A DNA stretch of 50,101 bases, taken from contig NC_068984.1 in NCBI RefSeq assembly GCF_001194135.2, forward strand, positions 35,873,857 to 35,923,957, written 5' to 3'. Made by a program: the position numbers and the translations under genes. This stretch comes from Octopus bimaculoides. Lineage: Eukaryota. The notes beneath the pieces were generated by a model that worked only from the letters and a program-made list of their open reading frames with translations, was not told where the DNA came from and made no database searches. Position 1 is the first letter of the stretch. Each line of letters begins with the position of its first letter. Positions 35,576 to 49,450 of this stretch are shown piece by piece.

Positions 35576-36429
35576 TGAATTTTCTTCCCCTTTTGAAAGA
35601 AGATGATAATGAAATATACATATTTCGGTAGCTTTGATTAAATATTATGTGTGCTTAGAAAGTGGTCTCATCTTCATTTCCTACGGACTTTTCATCTGCA
35701 TATAACAAGTTATCATTGTGTTGTATACACTTAATTTTTGGCAATGTCTATTATAAGAAACTTAAAATAACTCATGACTTTGCATACGCATAAATTTGTT
35801 TTCATTAACACTTTATCAGCAGCAAACTCACAATTTATTTTTCCACCGCATACATTGCAGTTCCTATTTCTGGAAGTAATGTAACAAAATCACCCACATT
35901 TCTCAATTTTCTATTTGTTGTGTCGCAGGTCTTTACTTTGAATACATTTATCAATTTCACTTTCGTATAGCGATTTCAACGAATGACCTTGTATAGGATT
36001 TGTTAGCCAAAATCTTAGCATGGCATATAATCCCCTTTTCAGCAATGGCATATTTTTAGAAATTCTTATTGTAGATTTTACATCCTTCGTTCAGATGCAT
36101 GCTGTGTGATCAATTGGTTATATTTGTTAGCTTATATATAGAGGTTTATAGTAGAACAGTTATTTGCGTTATCTCCCATATAATTCATACGATATTTTTT
36201 TCATTTCTTCTTTAGACATTTTACAATCATATTGCTTGTATAGAATGCAAAGGTGTTTAAATATTCTTGTCAAATACATTATTGAGTCGGTTTTCAATCC
36301 TGTTCTTTAACTACATTTACACTATTTTACAGACTTTGTACCTAGTCATAACAATTAACTTATTCTCCGATGGAGAATATCTTAAGATTTATTAATCGTA
36401 CAGATATATATTATTCATGAGGATATATA

Positions 36430-36535
36430 TCTTTTCCGGATCGATAAAATAATTATCAGTTGAGCACTGGGATCGATGTAATCTACTTGCCCCCATCCCC
36501 TGAAATTGCTGGCCTTGTGCCGAAATTTGAAATCA
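36430..36535 (+). mobile_element. SINE 3' fragment (second family)
   Basis: ttccggatcgataaaataattatcagttgagcactgggatcgatgtaatctacttgcccccatcccctgaaattgctggccttgtgccgaaatttgaaatc. Confidence 0.65.
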
Positions 36536-36779
36536 GTATCAATCTAATATGATTATATCAGGGTTTCTTAATCGTGTCACACTTCGAGATATTTTTGCAC
36601 TTTGCATAACTTTTACTAACTTTATTTTCTTTGGCCTTCTTTTCTCTCTACTGTATCTTCGTGTAATTGTTATTTCAATTAAGTTTGTCCTTGTCTACAA
36701 GGTTTCCTAAATGCCATTTCCTAATAGGATATTAATGTCACTTATTTTAATAGGCTTCTGTGTTCTACGTGAAATATTT

Positions 36780-37420
36780 TCTCAATAATTTGTCATTTGT
36801 AGCTGACAACTACTTCAGACCATCCTCATACTAAATAATTTCTTTTCTTGTTAAAGATGTAAGAGCGAGACCAAAACAGACTAAATGGACGGAATATGTT
36901 TAGTTATTTCTTCATTTAATAAAGACGGCTTTATGTAATTCCAGCTTTATTTCTATCTGCAGCATTTTTTCATATTCACTCATAACACCTTGATGTATTT
37001 CTTTGTTTTTAAGGTTACTTAGTCAGGGCTAATAACTTGAATTGACATTTTTCTGGGGATTTTATGTTGTTCAGTTTCTGCATACTCTGTGGTACGTCAT
37101 AGATCGTTAATGTTTCCCATATTTTTCAAATAGGATACTTTTACTTTCGAACATTCTCATCTTTAGATAATCAGCTTTATGTGCATAGTGCTCTCCAATA
37201 TTCTTCTATCTCATTTTATTTAGCACCTGCAATAATGCTCTTCCCCAAAGAAAATATGTTTTTCCCTTTCGTAGCAATGGATTATTTGCAATTTTCTTGA
37301 CAGTATCTTGTTCTATGCGGCTTTGTATTACGCAAACATTTTGTATGACACGTATTGTTTCTGCAGTGTTTATTACTCTTTTGCGCTCAATTTTGTTTTT
37401 AGTTGTGCAGTTTATTATGT
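36780..37420 (-). mobile_element. Old RLE-type LINE relic, start of the RT domain
   Basis: Minus frames NEIEEYWRAL, KLNNIKSP and NIFRPFS...LALTSLT resemble EIE.FW..IW / NWKSPG / KNYRPITCL..YKLLTSI. Confidence 0.55.
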
Positions 37421-38499
37421 ATTCATATATATTCTTTTTATCATATCCCATATGACTACGGTTTACATTATTTCCTTAAATTGGATATTCTAAGATGAGT
37501 AGCTTTGAGGAAGAATCTACTATGAACGCCGCAAAACTATTGTTGCGGAATACAATTGATTTTTCTCTGCTGTATTATGTTCGCATTATTTATAGTTTTA
37601 ATGTTTACATTCTTACAACGTATTTATGTTGACGTCTTCATGCACTTTGTACTTTTGGTATGCGTGCTCTCTAGGAAGCAGTACTCTATTTTTATGTCTC
37701 CTATAGTTAAGGCATTGAGAATCTTTTTCAACTACTTACTTTGGCGAGACTAAATTGACTTATTATATAAGGATTATATTCTTTCCGTAAGTTAAATGTG
37801 TAAAATATGGAAGTATTTTCCTGGGAAAGATTAAGGCATATAATATGCAGATAATATGAAAAGATTACATTTTTATCAATTCGTATGTCTATGCCGGGAA
37901 ATAACAAATTAATGCAGTCTCACTTAAGATTTCCAATGTAGTCAGGAGCTATATTGTACTTTCACAAAAGGGAAAACGTTTGCTTCCAAAATTATTAGGA
38001 AAATGTTATGCATGCTATTCAAAATAATCCTCCTGTATTTAAAACTTCAGTTAAATACAATACTTGGATTTATATTGCAAGTCATTGTTGAATGTATTGT
38101 CATTTATCAGGTGCTTATAAATGCTGTGTTTGCATCTAAAGACTAATGGTTAAATGCTGCAATATATTGCGCATATCAGGCCAAAGCAATGATATATATA
38201 TATACGTTTCATGTGTTACGTACATACGTATTGTGATAAAATTCGTCATATTTTCGATATTGTCCTCGGTTACGTCATCAACGTTAATTTTTGAAGCACA
38301 GAAGCGATGGTGATAGATGTTTTTTAACAGGTTTGATTATTCGTAACGCTTGTTTGGATCTTCATGTGCATATAAAATTCACCGGACCATCTGCCTTTCA
38401 TATCACCTCAGTAGAGTGCGATCAAAATCGCACAGCGTTGTTGCGCAAATTTACGATGAAATGAAACCCAATTTCCTAGTCGATATCCTTGGTCAAGTC

Positions 38500-38790
38500 A
38501 AAACTTCCTGTATCTTTATAGGTAAGGGGCATACTGCACTAAGGCACTCACATGTTTCACGGGCTTTATTGTCGAGCAACATAGAGCAATTCTCATTTAC
38601 ATGTCCCCAAATATAGAAGCCACATCAACATTCATATCAGTCAAAACTAAAATTACCTGCTCTTTGTCGCTATACTTCAAAGTTTTCTCGATATCTTCCA
38701 TGTACCATAGATTCTGTCTTTTTCTTCTATATTTCAATGTGGTAGAGACCCAGGTTAGGTGTGTGTTTTCCTGGTGTCATTTGGAAATAA
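38500..38790 (-). mobile_element. RT core fragment (YMDD-like motif) of a non-LTR element, probably RLE-type
   Basis: Minus frame NLWYMEDIEKTLKYSDKEQ then ENCSMLLDNK resembles NHLLYMDDIKLY.KS.KE...EKC.ML. Confidence 0.55.
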
Positions 38791-40149
38791 TAAGTGTTTA
38801 TGCAAACCTTACATTTTCCATTCATTTATGTGCCCCCACCCGTCGTTACTATAGTGATAGTGAGCAGACAGAGTCTATGCTTACGTTGTAAATGTATCCT
38901 TTCTTCTTTTGAAATTATCTTTAGATTTAAAGCTTGCAATTGCGAATGGTAATTTAATTTTGAGTAGTCCCTATGATATATTATATCGTTGCAAGATCAG
39001 CGGGAGTGGCGTCGTCAATATTTCAAACGCTGCTACTGTATAACGCTAAACAAGGCTAAAAGAAGAAATCTGCCTTATCACTTAACACATAAGCATTTTC
39101 CCCTTTTACTTCAACAGATGTCTTTCTTCATTGGTGTGCTTTAAAAGCTAGCGACTGAAACTTTCAAAATGCATTTGTCTTCATATAATGAAAATAGTAT
39201 TAGAATAAAGTGTGTTAATATTCACATAGAGTGAGAGTAAATTGAATCATATCCCTCCAGAGCAAAATATTTGAACAACATGTTGCTTTCCGTAAGGAAA
39301 TCTTCTGTAGGCCAAATACGTTAGATTTGTTAGATTTGGAGTGAGGTCGAAGGACCCACTTGATGAAGAGACATAGTGCATTTGTTTTCCTCTATCTAAA
39401 ACATTTAAGGATCCTTCCACTTTAAATAAATAAGATTGAGGTATTACATTGGCGAATCTATCAACAGTTTCTGCTTATGAAGACAGTTTGGATTTTAGAG
39501 GGTACTGTTTAGATTGCGAGGAAACGGTGTAGAATCGGAAAAGGTTAAGGCGGAAGGAAAACAGCGAAATCTGTGTAAGTATGAGTCGTGTTAGATGCAA
39601 TACTCTCTCATTTAGAATCTTCATACGTGGCGAAACTGAATGTGATGAGATTAGAGAAAATTTGTCAAAGCTTTACAGGGTAGAATTGTATGCCAAAGAA
39701 GCAGTGAAAGAGAAAACATTGAATGAGGTACTGATGATCAGAGAATTATCGTTGATGTAAAGTTCGTTGTAAGATATTTCTGCGATTTAATTATTGTTTT
39801 TTTATCTGAAACTGAAAAGAATCGTGTGGCAAATATCTCTAAAACTCAGAAGCTTCTGTAACACATATATAACGACTACATCATATTGCAAGAATAACAA
39901 GGTAATAATGTAATTTTGTACCATATCAGCCTACCTGCAGTGGCGACAGCAGTTGTAGCACTTACAAAATTAGCGGTAAAAACAGTAAGTAATAAGCATC
40001 AGCTGTAACAATAGCAGTAAAAATGGGAGTAGTAATGCGTGCTTACCTATGCAACAATCAATCTGCTTACCCTTATACGTATACGCGCACACACCACACA
40101 GACACACACATACACACACACACACACAAACACATACACACACACGTAT

Positions 40150-40192
<43 letters not shown>

Positions 40193-43100
40193 GAGAGAGA
40201 GGGGGAGAATGCATATAAACCCTGTTAAAAATATATCATACAAAATACAAATAATATCCATATCACATATCTTCTTCGATATCATTGTATACATAGGAAT
40301 ATATAGAAAAATAAATCTCAAAGTATTGGCAAAATGAACTGAATGTGTTTGCCTGTTTCAATGGCATTTGTTCCGCTTGTTATTTGCCGGTGGGTTACTT
40401 CTGAAATTATAATCAATACTGTAATGTCCAGGTAGCTATATTTGATTAGCAAGCGAAAAGGTGCCGATAAACGTTAAGGTGGTAAAGCTTTAGATTTTTC
40501 CTTGTTTAATTATTAACTGTATTTCTAAAAACACCGCTGCTAATAATATTAGTAATGAAGATTTCTTTTGTCAAGCGCGAGAGTCTCTCACTCTTGGGAC
40601 GTTGTTCTGCGTGATTAGATTATGATATTTCTTAAAATAACATCTCTGTCCTCTTCTATGTATGTAAGTCTGAATCAATATATCTGTGTGTATTCATCAT
40701 CGTGAAAGCAATTTCTTTTCCTATTTTATTTATTTTTAGCTGTTCTATTTTGCATTCCCTCCCTCCTCGATATTTGTCAATTTGTTTTTTAAAAAGTTTC
40801 AAAATCTCTTTTTCTGAAATCCTTATTTATAGAAAAACAGAAGAATAAATGTTGGGCGTGTAAGTAACATTTTTAGGAATTCATCCGTTTGAGATGAATG
40901 TCTTGCAGCAAGAGATGCAATCTTAGTAATAACAACAACACAAAATCAACAAAAACAAAATCTGTGCTACAATGAAGACAAACGTTTTGACATAGTTTGA
41001 AGCAAAAGAAATATAAGCCAACGAAATATCTTCTGCATGGTGGCTTAACACTATTTGAACGGTGAACGGATGCAAGAGTGGTTGTAGAATTAAAATTATA
41101 ACATAGACTGACAACATTGCGACAACAATCTTATCTCATTTTTGGACCATTCCGGAATTAATTACCTACTAGAAATAGTAGCTACAATAATATTACATAA
41201 TGTTGTAATATTTTGAAAGCATATTGAAATATGGAGCTATAGGTAACGTTATACACGCGGAGTAGTAATGTCCGAATTTTTTAAAGACTATTCAGATCAG
41301 TATTTTATGAATAACTAAAAGCAAAACGATAAAAATGATACCACGTCTAAAAATAACGCAGAGTAAAGAACACAAAATAACAGTAGCCATTAAAGGATTG
41401 CATAAACAGATTAAGCACTTAATATTTTACTTGGAAGTGAGGTAGGGAGTGCATTGTTTAGAAACACGTCCTCTGTTGACTAAGCTAAGAAAAAACATTT
41501 GGGGAATATGTAGTTATTTTCCCGCAGATATGGCTTAAATATATTTGTTCATCTCAACTAAAATGAAGTATATTCCTTCTTTACTAAATTGCTCAGAAAA
41601 CAGAAATTACTAAAGATGAAGCATTTCTAAACACATAGGATGTAAAAACTTCTATGGATTGTTTCAAAGAGAAAAAAAATATGATAAAAAAACACTTATT
41701 GTTTTGTAGACAGGCAGAGAAATGAGAGAAAATGAATAACTACAGACATACGGCTGATACTCTGATGATCGCAGGAACATGTTTAGGAGCGGTAGACTTT
41801 ACAACACAAAAAGGAAGCATTTGATATAAATATACAATGAAGACAATTGACATGACATGTTATTACCGAACATTTTCATGTCATGTTGTGCAAATTATAT
41901 TGGAAGTATAAAAATAATCATTGGTTGAATTACATATACTTGGATTCAGAGATTCTTGCAGGTATGGAAAATGATACAGATTTCATAAATATCTGTTTCA
42001 CATGGACATAAAATGTGCTTCGGTTTCTAAAATGCAAGAGCCGGCTTCTTGTGGAATGTAACCTAAATAATAAGAATCGGCTGAAATGTATGTATGAAAC
42101 AGAGTAACGTTGAAAAATGTGTATTGGTTTTATTTTTAACTCTGTATCCACACTACATTAACCAATGTGATATTGCTCTTTTATGATGTTAAGATGAGAT
42201 TTGAAGGTTGCTTGCCTTCTTTATCAATTTTCGCAGCATATAAAACACATTCATTCGTATCTCGTTACTTAAGTTACCGTTTGCACATCTGTTGCAACAA
42301 CATATAAACAACGTATTCGTTATTGAACCGATCTATTAAATTATAGCTACAGGAGTAGTGTGCGTCCCGTAGCGCTGATAAATGTGACAGTGGTGACATA
42401 CCTTCTTTGTAATGCTACTTGCATAACAGCAACAATTGGTGAATTAAAATATAAAAATACAAGATTTAGCTTCAGGTTCACTGAGATAGCACGCTGTCGA
42501 TGCTATCGCGTCAGGGAAATTTACCAAATAGAATATTAGCATTCTTGAATATATGCACGTATTTTAAAATATAACAGAACTATTGTTCTGGATTTAACCT
42601 CCTAAGTATAGATGTAAAATACATACAAATAGAGAAGTAAAATATATAATAGTATAACGTGTACGCAAATGTGTTGTAGGTGTGGTATTATTTGAAGACA
42701 AGATTATATATTAGTATCCGTATACATTTTTCCTTTTACATATAATCTATTTCTATTTCTGTATGTTCATATTCGTTCCTAAAGAAATTTGCATTGATTC
42801 ATTAATTAATACGTTATACCTTTTCCCCTTACGCATCAGATATGTACAAACACATATAAATGCATATCTGTGCATGTAACATATACATAGACACAAACAT
42901 GCGTTTATAATATATTTATATATATAATTATAATAAAGGCAACTACTGTGTCGCGTCACATAATAGAAGTGTATAGCAAATGGCTCTAAAACTACCTTAT
43001 TTATCACATAGACACGGGCTGAAAGCGAGAGAAATGAACCAAAAATATGTTCTTAAAATGTTTTGCAATAGATTGATTTCTAGTTTAGGGGTAGTGTGGG

Positions 43101-43660
43101 ACACAGAGCGTTGACAAATATAGGTTTTTATCCTTCATGATAATGATAAATATGAATTCACTTCAACCAATTTATTCGCTGATGAATTACTTTGGTTATT
43201 AACACATAGATGAGATGAACGAATAAAATTTAACTTGTATATTAATGTGAACATTTATATATGCACTATGGATACGTTGTGTTCATAAGCCGTGTAGAAA
43301 TGGTTCTAATTATGTACTATAAGTTATGTCATACTGAAGACGTAAAGAATATTACATCTCTAAACTAGAAATCGGTCTATGGCTAAACCGTTTAAAAATA
43401 TTTTTTTTAATAAATGTTATGCTTGATCATAATGTTATATATATATATATTCAAAATTAACATAAATAGCAGGTGGTAATGTTTCACTAAAAATGAGAAT
43501 TATAATTGTGACTAAATGCGAGTAGGATGTTAAAGACACATACATTGCTAGAAATAAGAGCTAAAATACACTAATGCTGTAGTTAAAGCTCATGAATGAA
43601 AACATTACACTAGCAGGAACCATAATTGTCCGAAAAATACCGGCCCAGAATTCATAAGAC

Positions 43661-43668
43661 TGACGTCA
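43661..43668. promoter_or_regulatory. Perfect CRE palindrome TGACGTCA (sequence match only)
   Basis: Exact consensus in the left arm of the inverted repeat. No functional evidence. Confidence 0.3.
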
Positions 43669-44043
43669 GTTTCAAAATTTTATGATGCCATCATGAGTTA
43701 AGCCAGCTCGGTGTTCGGATTCCTGCGGACCTGTTTCTTTTTTGGTGTATATATTTTCGTCATCCAAATTATTGGATGATTTAGCGATACGCTAATGTAT
43801 ATAGACAAAATTAATATAAGCAGCAGGTTGTCATGTTTCACCGAAAAGGAGAATTATAATTGTCACTGAATGGTTGTTATGGACAATTATGGGCCCTGTT
43901 AATGTATATGCGCTGATAAGCAAATCGTTAAATCATCCTTTAATTTGTATGACCAAAACATATACACTAATAGAGGAGAAGGTCTGGAAACATCTGAACA
44001 CCGAGTTGGCTTACCTCATGACGGCAACGGAAATTGCCGAAAT

Positions 44044-44051
44044 TGACGTCA
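44044..44051. promoter_or_regulatory. Perfect CRE palindrome TGACGTCA (sequence match only)
   Basis: Exact consensus in the right arm of the inverted repeat. No functional evidence. Confidence 0.3.
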
Positions 44052-44230
44052 GTCATTAGAATTCTCGCTCGGCATTTTCGGACAATTATGTTCACTGGAA
44101 GTGTATTTGTTTTCATTCATGCGCGTTAACTATGGCATTAGAGCATTTCAACTCTTATTTCTAGCAATGTCGGTGTTTTTAACACCTACATATATGCACA
44201 CACACCTATATATGTGTATATGTGTATGGA

Positions 44231-44235
<5 letters not shown>

Positions 44236-44294
<59 letters not shown>
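44236..44294. repeat. (TA)n microsatellite
   Basis: Direct reading. Many further TA, TG/CA and GAT/CAT tracts occur across the window. Confidence 0.97.
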
Positions 44295-44304
<10 letters not shown>

Positions 44305-46066
44305 GGGGGGTGCTTCATTGTGTCTGCTTATACATCCATACGTTCTTACAAACAGATAAAATAATATATCTAGGTCCGACCAATCTGCATGCATGGGGGA
44401 CTTTGTAATTTGGTAGTCAAAGCATGGGATACTATTAAGGCGATTTTGATTAGAATATTCAGTTTACTATAGGTTCAGAGGCTTAGCAGTTTGTCAAATT
44501 TTCTCCAGTGACCACAGAGAAGTAGAAACAATTTGTTTTCATGGAAACTGCAGCGTATTGTTGGTATAGATCGGTGATACACATCGTTGTGTTTGTCAAC
44601 TGGCAAGATGGAATCCACCCTCAACACCGTAAACGGCACTGTTGAACTCATCGTTCTACACTGGATTCATATTTCTACGACTTAATATGGAGCAGGGGCT
44701 GTTGAATACGAGAAAGGACTCCTTTTGTGTAACCAATTAAGTTAATTGAATGGCTACATACCATAACTGAAATGTTTATAACTATATTTTTTTTATTAGT
44801 ATTCATTAATATACTTCTCGCTATGAGCATGCAAAAGTACATCAATCTAGAAAATTTGAAATTCTTCAAGTAGTCGGGTGATATTTAAGAAGATCCCTGA
44901 CCTCAGATAGTTTCAGTATGATGTAGGATTTCCTAGGAATATTTACGAATTGACTTTCATATGTTTATATGTCATTGTCTTTTCAATATTCTAATATATA
45001 TAATAAATAGGAACAAACATTTGTTTTATAGAGTCGAATGTAATTGTGTTATGTGATATATCACTAATTATTTCTATTAAAATATATAATAACATTTACA
45101 GTACAACTTTATTTAAACTTTCATAAGTTTCCTTCTTTCGTGTATGGAAATAATTGAGAAAATTTGTTTGAAAATCAATAATGAAATTTCGTGCTTAAAA
45201 TATTATACATTTAAAAGTAATTCTAAATACCCTAATGTTTAAAAATTCACTGAAATGTTATATAACAAAATTATAAGAAGAGGTAATATTTATCTTGACG
45301 TAAATATTCCGTCAGCACACACTGTATTGCGGTAGACATCAGAGCGAAACTCTCACATTAGCACTTGGTGTAAAATGCATTCTTGCTTATACAGCTACTG
45401 GGGAGATAACTTCCCGCCAACTCCAGAGCCGGTATTGTTCAGTTCAGTGGCAGTAAACAAGACGCGTGTCAGCTCTTAATACTTGACAGGTGCTTTGTTT
45501 GATAGATGATTATAAAGAGCCTTAGTATTCTGACACTGTAACAAGTATGCAATTCCACCGCACAATGTGTGTACGTTAAAATAAGGATAAACTATATAAA
45601 GTAATGTATTAGAGGTGGTGTCTATCCCTCGATCAAGAAATAAGTATTCGCTGTTTTTAAATACATGCATGTATCACGTCACATTTTAAAAAACGGACAA
45701 CTTAAGACAACTACAAAACAATGCGCCACTATCTTCATTTTCAAGTCTGTAATATTTTATCTATTTCAGTTTTGTATTTCTCTCTCATGCATCATTCAAT
45801 GTTATCCTTGAATTCTTCGAAGATGTCCTCATTTGTTTTCTTAATTGTTTTTCGTTGCAAACCATTTGACCCTAAATAAATATACTGGTTGAGAAATAGA
45901 TCATAGGTAAGAATTTGAAAAAGAATAAAAGATGCAACTTGTGAATAGTTCGCTGATTCTCTATCTGTCAATCTGTATGTTTGTTTGGTGAAGCTACTTT
46001 TCATAGACGTAATACGATAGGGATCAATTTCGGGCCCAACAGGCATACCATATTGTGTATCTCGTT

Positions 46067-46250
<184 letters not shown>

Positions 46251-48329
46251 ATGTATATGTAAGTATACATGTAATTATGTATGCATAAATACGTGCATAC
46301 ACACATGCACACATTCATTCATTATATAGTTAAACTCCAGGTATGCCACCTACAAATATAAATAGTAGCTACACAAAAAATGCGCAATCTCTGTTCGATG
46401 CTTTACAGGACAACATCCAAATAACAAACATTATCTACTAATAACCAAAACACCAAACTTTATCTCACATTTACAATTTCGAAAGCAGTACATCACACCT
46501 CAGAGAAGCGTGGGTGCAAGAGTGTGGTGTAGTAGAGACGAGTCTCTACTTGAAGATAATGAAAGAAATACTAAACTCATCTATGGCATGAAGAAGGAAG
46601 AGGAGGATAAGGAGGAGTAGGAAAGAAAAGAGAAAATGCAGATGATAGTAATTGTGACGACGACGACGACGACTATGACGATGAGAATAATAATGAGGAG
46701 GAGGAAGAAGAGCTAATATAAGATGGAGGAAGAAAAGCTATTATAAGATGGAAGAAAATAAAGAAGAAATGGAAGAATAACAACGACGACAAAACACATT
46801 TTTCAATGATGATAATCATAAGAAATTTCTAACACAGCTGCCGCACCAATCGTCACAATGGTAAAATAGAGTATACTTAAGTAAGAATAAAAAAAAAGTT
46901 TTATAGGAAACACAAAATATTAATGTTGAAGAGAGGAAGAGATACAGAGATAAGAAAAAAATCATAGACGGAAATGAAAATACTATATTTTTTTCGTATT
47001 TGACTTCCCCTTGGTTATCTCTCTCATCTTGTAATTCAATGATATCACCAGGAATATCTTTCAAATGCAACAAACATTTTATGCACATTAAAATACAAGA
47101 TTTCCACTTATATTTGTTGTTCGGTTTTACTATAATATTTGAATTTAACGTAGTGCATATTTTATGAGGCATACACGGAAATATTTGCAAACTACCATTC
47201 TGAAAGATGACGTTTTACTTACTTGCTTTCTGGACACCTTCAATTAAATATTATTCTATATGTGATATCGAACAAATCATACTTTCCTAGTGTGGCGACT
47301 ATAAATATAACTACACACACACACACACACACACATACCTGCACACACANNNNNNNNNNACACACACACACACATACCTGCACACACACGCTTGCAAGCA
47401 TACACACACACACACAGACACAAGCGTGCGCACAGCTACCGAGTGATACACATATAGATAATTGCACACTGACATATACATGATAAATAAATAGATAGAT
47501 AAATTGTTGCATACATAATGTGCGTATCCTAGAATATTGTAATATATACGAGTACACGAACACACACTCCCACACACACCCACACACACAAACACACATA
47601 TTTATACTGAGACATTCATACATGCAGGCAAAAATGTAAGTCTCTTAATATTACATTTATGCTTATGCTATTTCTTTTAATTTTATCTGATATTATACTC
47701 AAAGCAGATTTAAATGCTGCTCAACTTGAAAACTTTCTTGTGAATAAAATATTACAATTGTATGTATAGAATTTATGCAAATTTTTTATTTCTTTCTAAT
47801 TCATTGCAAAGTACAGAAATGAATAGATACGTTTAATGCGTTCCTTTGATACAATATCTATTTAGTTTATATTTTATGCCGCACATAATTCGGAAGGTTC
47901 TTATTGTATATTCCATTTCATGGATGTGAAGAAATCCTAAACATTCAGTGAAAACTATTATATTTTGAATATCGGTGGAAATATCATACACATTTTTCCG
48001 TCACCTAACCTGCCATAATAATGTAAAACTGTTCCAGATATGCCAATGTTGATGCCTCTGCTTCAGCTGCGTCAAAAGTGTCGTGTGCATGCATATATTT
48101 ACCTGTGTACGAGTTATTATATGAAGGTTCAGGTCTAGTTATGGTTAATAAAAAAATAATTTCTTTTGCTATGTTGTAACATCATCTTCTTCGCAATAGT
48201 CACCTTGTGCAGCCAAGCAGCGGCCATACTGTTCTTGCCACATCTAGAATCTAGCTGGAAGTCGGTTCCTGTAACCGGGTCGACAATCAACTGGCCCCTC
48301 TATATTTCTCTTTGTCTGCTGCATAAGGT

Positions 48330-48945
48330 TATATGCACTATTCCAAAGAGCTCCACATTCATCTAAGGAAGTGGACTGCTTCACCGACCTAGACCGCCAA
48401 CCATCTTAATGGACGCTAGCTACTGGCCAGTTCGAAGCATTTCAACCCTCTGCAAGCATCTGCAAAAGTGTTGTGGACTGATTCAGCTTTCGCAGACGTC
48501 CCGGACATTTAAACTTTTCTCGGGCCGAACCCTCAGCCCTTAGATGTGTCCGACGCCGCAAGGATATCATCATAAATCCAGCCGATGAGAGTGGAACTGT
48601 GGTGGTCTGGCGCCTACTGCTTGCTACACTCCAACCCCATGACTAACTACCAACAGACTATGTCTTCCACTATTCATGACTTCATTTCCTCCTCCAGAAT
48701 AGTCTCCCTTCGCCTTCAACCTCATTGTCCGAATTCCATGTATCCCCACTCTTTAAGTCCTTCCCAAAATTCACAAGCCCAACAACCCTGGTCGCCCCAT
48801 CCTCTCCGCCTGCAACTGTCCCACAGAAATGATCTCCAAATACATCGACTGTGTCATTGCCTCCCTAGTGGCTTCCCTCTATTCCAACAGCCACGCACTA
48901 ACCACGCTGTTCGTCTACTTAACTATTTCTCCTTCCTTTACCCAC
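48330..48945 (+). mobile_element. Penelope-like element, decayed RT N-terminal fragment
   Basis: Frameshifted translation [90 protein letters not shown] matches PLE RT motifs I.IKPADKG..VVV and PKIHK...PGRPIVS....PTE.IS. Confidence 0.87.
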
Positions 48946-49410
48946 ACAAGCACATAATACCTGAACAGAGGCTATATGTACGTACATACGCAACACGCAT
49001 TAGTACGCGTAACATACATTGACAAACTTTAGTCCACATACATACGCCATACATACTGTCTGGTCACAGACACACACACACACACACGTTAGACACCTAC
49101 ACACTCACACACGTCAGCGTCACTCGCCCCTATTCACACACACGCACACTAACTCATAGATATCATTCTGACATATACACATATGCACGCGCACCTTTTC
49201 TTGGGATCACGAGCACTTTATCTCCTTTTAATTCAACATCCTTTTGTTTGTATTATTTCCCTTTCTTTCAATTTTTCCCTAATCATTCGCCATGCTGGAC
49301 AGCTGATATCTACAAATCCTTTTTCATTTTCCCGAGCGTCAAACTAATAGACTTGTTCGTTCATACACCTGTCTTCGTCTTTTGCTTTCCTATATATTTC
49401 AACTGCACGC

Positions 49411-49450
<40 letters not shown>

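Larger units (their letters stand above)
43522..44189. repeat. Long imperfect inverted repeat (arms about 43522-43805 and 43905-44189), MITE/fold-back-like
   Basis: Arms align over about 280 bp, e.g. acattgctagaaataagag, catgaatgaaaaca, cataattgtccgaaaa, gactgacgtca, catgag.taagcca.ctcggtgttc, ggatgattta.cgat. Identity is roughly 75% by eye. Confidence 0.88.

Noticed and set aside
39430-39480. RYYIGES as a Penelope GIY-YIG remnant
   Set aside because: One short motif with a stop soon after and no first GIY motif seen; insufficient.
40923-41117. Hydrophobic 64-aa ORF resembling a membrane peptide
   Set aside because: T-rich strands of AT-rich DNA give hydrophobic frames by default; no splice or homology support.
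47320-47390. Duplicated catacctgcacacaca on both sides of a 10-N gap
   Set aside because: Most likely an unmerged contig overlap in a CA repeat (assembly artefact).
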